Below, in pieces: positions 17,680 to 25,121 of a stretch of DNA of 36,723 nucleotides (positions are counted from its first letter, which is position 1; each line of letters starts with the position of its first letter). A program made the position numbers and the translations under genes. Source of the stretch: Candidatus Nanoarchaeia archaeon (GTDB lineage Archaea > Nanobdellota > Nanobdellia > Tiddalikarchaeales > Tiddalikarchaeaceae); the NCBI GenBank assembly GCA_028710615.1, contig JAQTTT010000001.1:1-36723 (forward strand), written 5' to 3'. The notes below the pieces were generated by a model. It was given only the letters and a program-made list of their open reading frames with translations. It was not told the DNA's origin and searched no databases.

Positions 17680-20463
17680 GCAGCTTCCAGCAGTGAATAC
17701 TCCGCTGCAGCAGGAATGCGTTGAATTCCAAAAATAATCCAATGCATCATTATTTCCGCAGCACCAATAATTAGCCATGTCTGTCCATGAAGCAGTTATG
17801 TTGTCAATCAAAAATTCAGCCACTTCTGACGGAGTTCCTATGGAATCAGTCCCTAATAATAATGCTCCAATCACTTCATTTCCCCAGTATCTTCCATTAT
17901 ATCCCTCATAATATCCTTCTTGGGATGGATACCAATTATCATTGATTTTCACTCTCCATTTTCCGGGGTCGGAATCAGGGTCTTCTTCAGGATCATAAGG
18001 AACTGAATGAATTTCAATATTATCCCAGTTCCCGCTGGCTTCAAGAGATATTGGAGTCAAACTATCCACTGCAAAATAATTGCCCCCGAGTAAGGCAAAA
18101 ACCAAAACAACGTTTCCAGTATTGTCCATTAATCCAATATATGTTGCCGCTGTTCCTGATGTTGTGACTTTTAAATCAAAAGAAACATAATCCCCAAGGT
18201 CTCCATAGAATTCAAAATTCCTGAAAACAAGAAGCGACGCATCTGTTGATTCATCATAGAATTTTCCTAAAACGTTTTCATTCTCTTCAATTGCAATGAA
18301 TCCCATGCCTGATTCTGGAGCGAATATGAAATGAGTCCAATCATCATCTTCAAGTATGCTGCTTCCATTGCTGAATCTTTCAAAAGTTTCAGAATAATAA
18401 ATATCCATTCCCTCCCCGTTAATCCAGTCATGCCCATAATAATTGCATAATTCGCTGTTATTATTTAATTCACTGTTAATGTATTCTCCTTCAATGCAGA
18501 AATGCGTTGTTGTTTCAAGAGTTCCATTATAAAAAGTGTCTGATGCGCCGTCATCTCCGCAGCAAGCAGCAGAGCCTTGCATAAAACCAATTGGGCTATT
18601 AATCCATGATGCTCTGATGTCCGTGATGTCAAACGTGCCGTTCCCGCTGTCCAGTTCCACATTCGAAACTGTGCCCATTGCCAATGAGACTGGGTTCGCT
18701 GTGCTTGGCACGCCATCAAGGAAAAAATTGACTGATGACGCATTAATTGCTTGCACTTTCAACTCCCCATCAGTGCTGTTGAACAGTTCAATATTGGCGT
18801 CAGCTTCAATCCATGACACTGTTAAATTTTTGATGTGTATTTGATCTAAAGTTGCAGTGCTTGAACTAACTGACAAGTGATCTATATTACCAGAACCAAT
18901 TGCTTGATAACACATTGGATCATTTCCATTGCTCGCAATCTTCACAGGAACGCCATTAATCCAGAGTTTGAACGTTGAGCTGGCATCAAATTCCATCTTA
19001 TAATGGTACCATGTATTTTCAGACATTCCAGTGTAATCCGTGCCAACATATGCAGCGCCATTATATACGCGCATCGCGCCAGTTGAATTAACTGCCATTA
19101 CAATATATGAATACCTGTACCACGGCGGCGAGGAACTATAGCTACCTACAGTGAAACCGCCTGAAGCAGCGTGACTTGGAATGCGTGCGTCAAACTCTAT
19201 ATACTTGCCTGCTTCATAATTAATAGAATTGCCAGTCCACTCGAATTGCACGCCAGCAGAACCATCTGTTCTTATATCCTTAAATTCAATATAATGCGCA
19301 TCGCCACTAATGCGTTTATATAGCGTTCCATATGTGGGAAAATTTACATATCCGCGTAATGTGATGTGTTCAAATTGCGTGCCAGCAGTGTATAGATTAG
19401 TTCCATCCGCCACAACGTTGCTGTTGTTATCATTCTCAAAAGACTCAATGTAAGTGGATGGAGGGTTGAGTAGATAAATCCCTGCGCTTGAATATTCAAG
19501 TGTGGCTGCTGCGCCGATTGAGATGCGCGCTGCATCGAGAACCGCGTGCGAGGTTTCAAGCGAGAACCAATCCCCTGCCACCCAATCCCTTGATGCGGAA
19601 AATGTGAAAACTGGATTGATGTTCGCTGTTGCGTTGGCATCCGCGAATCGCCCCCACGAACGCCCTCCCCCATCAATGTATCTTGTGAACGAGCAATCTG
19701 CTGCCTCAGTCCAAGCATCCCAACCATTCTTGTTTCTTATTGTTTCATTTTCTTCAAAAGTTATGAAATCTTCAACCACTCCATGATTAATCCAGGAATA
19801 ACCCTGAGCTTCGCATAAATTCTTGTTATAATCTATTGGCTGAAAAACATAAACCCCTTGGTAGCAGAAATGCTGGGTTGAGCCTATTGAGCTATTGTAA
19901 AAATTATCCAATAATCCTCCGTATCCGCAGCATGCGCCCCCAGTTCCTGACACGATCCCATTAAACCACACATAAGACGCGTTATACTCATAGCAATCGC
20001 TTTCAATAAGATTGGGCTTGCTGTTTAAAGAAACAGGGTTTGCGACAAATCTTCTTTCAACAGTGTTTCTTTCTGCAGGGCTGAAAGTTTCAACCTGCTT
20101 GCCTGTTCCATAAACAACTTTTACTGTGAAATCTTCCCCTGCTTTTCTTGGAAAAAAAGTTACTTCAACGCCTTCTCCTGGAAAAAGAGGCTCTTCAAGC
20201 TCATAATCCAAAAGCTCGTCATTAATGAAAATAAGCAATTCATAGGCTGGTCCTGAGCCTTCGTTTAAAAGGATTACGCTGTCTCCCAAGGCAGACACTA
20301 TTTTAATATTTGAATGGTCTGATAAAGGATTTAATGAAGTATCAAATCCTGACTGCGAATCTTCCATTATTGCTGTAATGAAAAAAAAGGCTGAAACAGC
20401 AGAAACAATGGTGAGTATTAGCAATAAAGTCATGCTCACTATTGGAGAAATGGATTTATGCAT
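17674..20463 (-). CDS. Large surface protein with an archaeal type IV pilin-like (class III) signal peptide, jelly-roll/LamG-like domains and three Cys-rich modules
   Basis: N-terminus [28 protein letters not shown] matches the archaeal pilin/flagellin-type [KR][GAS]-ISPIV pattern. [23 protein letters not shown] is LamG-like. The Cys modules are described in the findings. Confidence 0.7.
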   Translation of the reverse strand: MHKSISPIVSMTLLLILTIVSAVSAFFFITAIMEDSQSGFDTSLNPLSDHSNIKIVSALGDSVILLNEGSGPAYELLIFINDELLDYELEEPLFPGEGVEVTFFPRKAGEDFTVKVVYGTGKQVETFSPAERNTVERRFVANPVSLNSKPNLIESDCYEYNASYVWFNGIVSGTGGACCGYGGLLDNFYNSSIGSTQHFCYQGVYVFQPIDYNKNLCEAQGYSWINHGVVEDFITFEENETIRNKNGWDAWTEAADCSFTRYIDGGGRSWGRFADANATANINPVFTFSASRDWVAGDWFSLETSHAVLDAARISIGAAATLEYSSAGIYLLNPPSTYIESFENDNNSNVVADGTNLYTAGTQFEHITLRGYVNFPTYGTLYKRISGDAHYIEFKDIRTDGSAGVQFEWTGNSINYEAGKYIEFDARIPSHAASGGFTVGSYSSSPPWYRYSYIVMAVNSTGAMRVYNGAAYVGTDYTGMSENTWYHYKMEFDASSTFKLWINGVPVKIASNGNDPMCYQAIGSGNIDHLSVSSSTATLDQIHIKNLTVSWIEADANIELFNSTDGELKVQAINASSVNFFLDGVPSTANPVSLAMGTVSNVELDSGNGTFDITDIRASWINSPIGFMQGSAACCGDDGASDTFYNGTLETTTHFCIEGEYINSELNNNSELCNYYGHDWINGEGMDIYYSETFERFSNGSSILEDDDWTHFIFAPESGMGFIAIEENENVLGKFYDESTDASLLVFRNFEFYGDLGDYVSFDLKVTTSGTAATYIGLMDNTGNVVLVFALLGGNYFAVDSLTPISLEASGNWDNIEIHSVPYDPEEDPDSDPGKWRVKINDNWYPSQEGYYEGYNGRYWGNEVIGALLLGTDSIGTPSEVAEFLIDNITASWTDMANYWCCGNNDALDYFWNSTHSCCSGVFTAGSCS

Positions 20464-20485
20464 AAATTAAGCAGAGTCCTTTAAT

Positions 20486-20493
20486 ATTTAAAT
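20486..20493 (-). promoter_or_regulatory. Candidate TATA box for the 929-aa surface protein gene
   Basis: atttaaat is centred about 27 nt upstream of the ATG at 20463, a leaderless-type spacing. It has the same core as the ftsZ-proximal repeat arm. Confidence 0.3.
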
Positions 20494-20502
20494 AAGTTAT
20501 TG

Positions 20503-20991
20503 TTAAAAATTTATTTTCAATTCTTTTAAATCAGTCTTGAATTGCGTGCATTTAACTTTGGCCAAATCAAGCATTTTCTTGCTTGCTTTTACTGAATCAG
20601 TGTCAGCGTATTTGTCTGACAAGTAAATGATTTCCTTAATGCCTGACTGGATTATTACTTTAGTGCACTCATTGCAAGGAAACAAGGCAACAAAGATTTT
20701 AGCATTTTTTAAATTTTTATTGGAATTAAGTATTGCGTTCACTTCAGCGTGAACAACGTAAGGGTACTTGGTGTCATTAGGGCTTGCTGCAACGTTGCAC
20801 CAGGGCAATTCATCATCACTGCAACCAATGGGAAAGCCATTGTAGCCAATCCCCACAATCTTGTTATTCTCATCAATTATGCACGCACCCACCTGCGTAT
20901 TAGGGTCTTTGCTTCTCATAGCTGAAAGCAAGGCTATGCCCATGAAATACTCATTCCAAGAGATATAATTGCTTCTTTTGTCACTCTTCAT
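20503..20991 (-). CDS. dCMP deaminase (ComEB-type)
   Basis: NWNEYFMGIA-type N-terminus (ISWNEYFMGIALLSAMRSKDP). Zinc motifs HAEVNAI and PCNECTKVIIQSGI. Confidence 0.9.
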   Translation of the reverse strand: MKSDKRSNYISWNEYFMGIALLSAMRSKDPNTQVGACIIDENNKIVGIGYNGFPIGCSDDELPWCNVAASPNDTKYPYVVHAEVNAILNSNKNLKNAKIFVALFPCNECTKVIIQSGIKEIIYLSDKYADTDSVKASKKMLDLAKVKCTQFKTDLKELKINF

Positions 20992-21104
20992 TGAAATAAT
21001 TGATATTTTCTTGATATTAAAAGATTTATTGTTTAAATTAATGCATTAAGAAACTCCTGCATATAAAAATTTATAAACACATCTTATTCTTTTATTAATT
21101 ACTA

Positions 21105-21482
21105 ATGGGCGATAAAATCATGGTGGAAGAAAAAATAGTAATAAAATTTGAAGAAAAAATGTATCTATGTGGAAAGATAATACATGTAGAACCAAAAAGC
21201 CCTGAAGAAATGCTTATAAGAAAGATTATGCGAAGTGTGAACAACAGTATTGAAAAAGCTGAAAGTTATGCTCGTAAAGGATATTGTTATAATACGGACG
21301 CATACCTTTCATCTGCAAAAGTAGAAGCTGAAATTCTGGGAATAGATATAAAAGTCAGAGTTCAAAACATTGAAAATATCTTAAAAGAAGCTAAAATTCA
21401 CTTTGAAAAAGAATGTATAGAAGCTAAGATTCAACGTTTCATGGAAGATGTTTTTAATAAATACAATAATTCTTTTTTTTAA
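21105..21482 (+). CDS. Hypothetical protein
   Basis: 125-aa ATG ORF. A TATA-like aaatttataaa lies about 30 nt upstream. Helical and K/E-rich. No motif recognised. Confidence 0.4.
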   Translation: MGDKIMVEEKIVIKFEEKMYLCGKIIHVEPKSPEEMLIRKIMRSVNNSIEKAESYARKGYCYNTDAYLSSAKVEAEILGIDIKVRVQNIENILKEAKIHFEKECIEAKIQRFMEDVFNKYNNSFF

Positions 21483-21528
21483 TTAAAAAATGTCGGGCAA
21501 ATAACTGCCTGGCAAATATTTTATTATT

Positions 21529-22293
21529 TTATCCCAAGTCAAAGATTGCGTAAACCAAGTAGTGGTCTGACAAAGATTTAGTGATGTTTTCAGAGTAAAC
21601 TGATGAAATTATGTGGCATTTGCCAAATTCTTGATTTATAAGTATTTGGTCATAAACGCAATCATTTGAGGACACAGTGGTGTCTTTTGTTATTGCCCAA
21701 TCCCAATCCTTAAAATCATTGCCTTTACTGTAATACGAGCAGTCAGCATTCAAATCCCCCAATATTAAAACGTTGCCTTGGTTGATGATTAAATCCTCCA
21801 AATTATTAATCTCTTCAAATGCTTTATCTGGGCTTACATGAATGCCATAAAGAGTGAAATTAATGTTATTGTAATTAAATGCTGCTTTAATCGGGGGCCT
21901 TGCAAAACCTGTGGTGTTAAGCAGGTTGTAGTCTATGAATTCCATTAATTCAAATTTTTTGTCATAAATTAATAAATACTGCTCCTTATAATTTGACTCT
22001 CCTGCCCTGCTTGAATTAACGCATTCATGTGTGGCGCTGAATCTTTGGCATAAATTAATTATTGCTGAGCCGTCAATATCCCTTATCTCCTGCAGAAAAA
22101 TTATGTCAAACTGCGAAATGATTAAGTGATACTGCATTAGCAAGGATTCATTATTGGCTTTAGCATCCCCGAAAACATTCAAGTTCCATGCCGCTATGCT
22201 TACTGGGTCTTTGGGGGAGAAATCTATGAATGAAAAGCTTGCAGAAAAAATTATTAAAAAAATTATTGCCATTAATGCTTTGTCTGATTTCAT
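21529..22293 (-). CDS. Secreted endonuclease/exonuclease/phosphatase-family nuclease (DNase I-like)
   Basis: Signal peptide MKSDKALMAIIFLIIFSASFS. EEP motifs IAAWNLNVFG, IIFLQEIRD, ILGDLNADCSY and SDHYLVYAIF. Confidence 0.8.
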   Translation of the reverse strand: MKSDKALMAIIFLIIFSASFSFIDFSPKDPVSIAAWNLNVFGDAKANNESLLMQYHLIISQFDIIFLQEIRDIDGSAIINLCQRFSATHECVNSSRAGESNYKEQYLLIYDKKFELMEFIDYNLLNTTGFARPPIKAAFNYNNINFTLYGIHVSPDKAFEEINNLEDLIINQGNVLILGDLNADCSYYSKGNDFKDWDWAITKDTTVSSNDCVYDQILINQEFGKCHIISSVYSENITKSLSDHYLVYAIFDLG

Positions 22294-22299
22294 TTTTTT

Positions 22300-23115
22300 T
22301 TAATCCTTGAATGTTCCTGGCAAAGGGTAAGGGCTTTTGGGAAGCCAGCAAAGCCCCCTGTTCTGGGAGCCTGCTGAAGTGTATTTAAAATCCTCATACT
22401 TTTTTGCTAAATCATTGATTGATTTTTTTTCATCAATTGATAATTCCCCTAAGTGGTGTTTTGGGCTGAAAGATTCAATGATTTTTTCCAATAATTCAGT
22501 TAATTTGGCGTTTGAATACTTGGCGAAGTATCCCACATTTTTTTTAAGGATTTCAGCGTCTTTTTCATCATACCCTTTTATTAATTTAATGGCTAAATCA
22601 TAATCCGGCTTTGAGTAATAAAATGCTCCGTGAATCAACAAGCAATCATTCAGGCTGTGCTGAGCCAAGCCCATTAAAATCTGGTTATTGACATAGATGT
22701 CAAAGCCGTATTTCCTGTCATCCTTTAATTCAGCTTTTAAGCCGAACCCGTTAAACGCGTTAATGAATTTGCAAGCAACGTATTCGTAATTCTTTTTCAA
22801 TGAAAAATTATCCTTTAAACCCGGAATAATCAGCAAGAATGATACATCATTGTTGTGAATATACGCCCTTCCTCCCCCAAGCATCCTGACAACAGAGTAA
22901 TTGTTCTTTTTAGCCAATTCCAAGTCAACATCATCAATGGACTGGTTGTAGCTTAATGTTATTGAAGGCTCCCATTGAAAAAAAGCAAGAGTGGCTTCCT
23001 TGGATTTTGAGTGAAGAGCTTCAGTAACCGCAGCTATTTTTGGCGCTTTAAAATTTTGCAGAGAAAGAACTCTTAAATTCGAATTTTTCAGCTTATCTTC
23101 AATACCCATAATCAT
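22300..23115 (-). CDS. Lipoate-protein ligase A-like protein (BPL/LplA/LipB fold), atypical active site
   Basis: VVRMLGGGRAYIHNNDVSFLLI matches the LplA RRxSGGGAVYHD region. A downstream ..MGLAQH.. segment sits where the K-containing GxKxxGxA motif is expected, but it has no Lys. Confidence 0.65.
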   Translation of the reverse strand: MIMGIEDKLKNSNLRVLSLQNFKAPKIAAVTEALHSKSKEATLAFFQWEPSITLSYNQSIDDVDLELAKKNNYSVVRMLGGGRAYIHNNDVSFLLIIPGLKDNFSLKKNYEYVACKFINAFNGFGLKAELKDDRKYGFDIYVNNQILMGLAQHSLNDCLLIHGAFYYSKPDYDLAIKLIKGYDEKDAEILKKNVGYFAKYSNAKLTELLEKIIESFSPKHHLGELSIDEKKSINDLAKKYEDFKYTSAGSQNRGLCWLPKSPYPLPGTFKD

Positions 23116-23142
23116 TAATTTTTTTTAGTGATTGCATTATTT

Positions 23143-24426
23143 TTAAAGCTTTTTTTGCATTTTTTTCAGGCAAGCATGGCACGCAACGCTTATTGGGTCA
23201 AATAATCGGGAAAGCATTGGATTATAGCAATTATTCATGCCAATCAAATCTTTAAGCTTAAGCCTTTTTTTTATTGCAAGCGATAATAAATTAATTGAGG
23301 AGGAAATGTTTGCTGTGCTTATTGCTTCGCACCCGATTATTTCAGATTCGCTGTTGGCAATTATTTTTACCATAATCCAGTCTTTTGAAATGCATTCCTT
23401 TAAAATGCTTGATTTGTATGCTGCTGAAAAATCTTTTTCTCCCCGCTTTTTTCCTGCTGAGCCAAAAACAAGATTCCCTATTTTTGAAATTCCTGAATTG
23501 ACTGAAGCAAACGCTTCCTCGCTTGATTGCATGTTGTTTGCCAAAGCTTTTGCCATTTTGTGCGCAGTGCTTGCCAATCCGCAAACCCTCGGTTCATTGA
23601 AAAAGTCTTGAAACTCCGCGCAATCGCCTATTGCATAGATGTCTTTTTCGCTTGTCTGCAAATAATCATCAACAATTATTCCTTTATTAGTTTTTATTCC
23701 TGCCTGCTTTGCCAAATCAATATTAGGGGCTGTTCCTGCGCAAACAACTATTAAATCGCAGGATATTTTTTCATGCGACAACATTATTTCATTGCTGTGC
23801 GCTGATTTTATTTGCGCATTCATAATCACTCTTGCACCGTTTTTTTCAAGCTCTTCTTTTAATATGATTGAAAATTGCGGGCTTATGCTGTAATTTAAAA
23901 TGTTTTCAGCCCTGTCAATAAGGAAGACTTGGTGCCCTGATTTTGACAGTGAATCGGATAATTCGCATCCAATGTATCCTGCGCCAATTATTGCTATTTT
24001 TGCTTTTTTTCCTTTTATTTTTTCTTTCAGCATTTTCGCGTCATTTATTGACGAAAAAGTCAGGGGATTCTTTAGCCCTTCAATTTTTGGAATAAAATGC
24101 TTTGCTCCAAGAGCAAGGATTAATTTATCATAATTTATTGAATGAGTTTCTCCGTCTTTTTCATAAACCGCTTTTTTTGAGTGAGAATCAATCTTAACTG
24201 CTTTTGCTGGATTGATTAATTCTATGTTGCTGAATTTCAAATCAGCTTCATTAAACAGGCATTCATAGGAGATTTCATTGCTTAAGTAATAAGGCAATGA
24301 GCATGGAGAATAGTTGAATTCTTTTGATTCTTCAATCAAAATTATTTTTGAGCTCTTGTCAATTTTTCTTAATTCCTGCGCAAAAAGAGTGCCGCTTGTT
24401 CCTGCTCCGAGTATAACTATATTCAT
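23143..24426 (-). CDS. FAD-dependent pyridine nucleotide-disulfide oxidoreductase, NADH oxidase / CoA-disulfide reductase family
   Basis: FAD fold IVILGAGTSGT. Single redox Cys motif YSPCSLPYY. NAD fold IAIIGAGYIGCE. Also IYAIGDCAEF. Confidence 0.85.
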   Translation of the reverse strand: MNIVILGAGTSGTLFAQELRKIDKSSKIILIEESKEFNYSPCSLPYYLSNEISYECLFNEADLKFSNIELINPAKAVKIDSHSKKAVYEKDGETHSINYDKLILALGAKHFIPKIEGLKNPLTFSSINDAKMLKEKIKGKKAKIAIIGAGYIGCELSDSLSKSGHQVFLIDRAENILNYSISPQFSIILKEELEKNGARVIMNAQIKSAHSNEIMLSHEKISCDLIVVCAGTAPNIDLAKQAGIKTNKGIIVDDYLQTSEKDIYAIGDCAEFQDFFNEPRVCGLASTAHKMAKALANNMQSSEEAFASVNSGISKIGNLVFGSAGKKRGEKDFSAAYKSSILKECISKDWIMVKIIANSESEIIGCEAISTANISSSINLLSLAIKKRLKLKDLIGMNNCYNPMLSRLFDPISVACHACLKKMQKKL

Positions 24427-24713
24427 TTTTGTTTCCTTAATTTTTTCAATTCATTCTGGGCTTTCATCAAGTAAGCCAGGCTTGGCCCTCCGCCCATCAT
24501 TACTGCAACCCACATTGCCTCATTTATTTCTTCATCAGTTGCTTTTAATTTTATTAATTCAGCCAAATGGTGCGTTATGCAGTCATCGCATTGGGCTTTA
24601 ACTGATAATGAAATGGCTATTAATTCCTTGAATTTCTCGCTTAAAGCGCCTGATTTTTTTATTTTTTCAGCCATTTGCATGAAAGCTTTTGCGTTTTCTC
24701 CGGTTAAATCCAT
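24423..24713 (-). CDS. Carboxymuconolactone decarboxylase-family (AhpD-like) CxxC protein
   Basis: 96 aa, with the CMD/AhpD signature SVKAQCDDCITHH. 4-nt overlap with the downstream flavoprotein gene. Confidence 0.8.
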   Translation of the reverse strand: MDLTGENAKAFMQMAEKIKKSGALSEKFKELIAISLSVKAQCDDCITHHLAELIKLKATDEEINEAMWVAVMMGGGPSLAYLMKAQNELKKLRKQK

Positions 24714-24734
24714 ACAATCACCTCCAAAATACTA

Positions 24735-25121
24735 TTATTTAAATTCTTTTTCATAATGCTTTAATGCTTCTTGGCTGTTCATTAATTCCTTTAATTCTTT
24801 TTCATTGCTGATTTTCATCTTTACCAGCCAAGCACTATACGGAGAATCATTGATTATTGACGGCTCATCATACGCTTTCATGTTTATTTCAATGATTTCT
24901 CCTGAAAGCGGGCTTTTAATATTGCCTGCCCATTTAACTGCTTCTAATGACGCGTAAGTTTGCCCTTTTTTTATTTTTTCCCCTTTTTTAGGAAGATTAA
25001 TAAAAATGAATTCTTTTGTTTTCTTGGCAGACGGCTCAATCATTCCAATAATTGCTTGCCCATTTTTTTCATCAATCCAATTATGCTCTTTGTCGTACTT
25101 AAGGTTTTTAGGAAAATTCAT
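24735..25121 (-). CDS. gcvH: Glycine-cleavage H-type lipoyl carrier protein (stand-alone in this window)
   Basis: KYDKEHNWIDEKNG...IGMI and the lipoyl-lysine region ASLEAVKWAGNIKSPLSGEIIEIN. The C-terminal SAWLVKMKI is typical of GcvH. Confidence 0.88.
   Translation of the reverse strand: MNFPKNLKYDKEHNWIDEKNGQAIIGMIEPSAKKTKEFIFINLPKKGEKIKKGQTYASLEAVKWAGNIKSPLSGEIIEINMKAYDEPSIINDSPYSAWLVKMKISNEKELKELMNSQEALKHYEKEFK

Noticed and set aside
18465-19786. Long alternative-frame and antisense ORFs (18465-18743 -, 18536-18844 +, 19344-19727 -, 19502-19786 +) inside the 929-aa gene
   Set aside because: Their translations are low-complexity and Arg/Gln/Pro-rich with no motifs. They lie entirely within the GC-rich part of a clearly coding frame. 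Such long shadows are expected where AT-rich stop codons are depleted.
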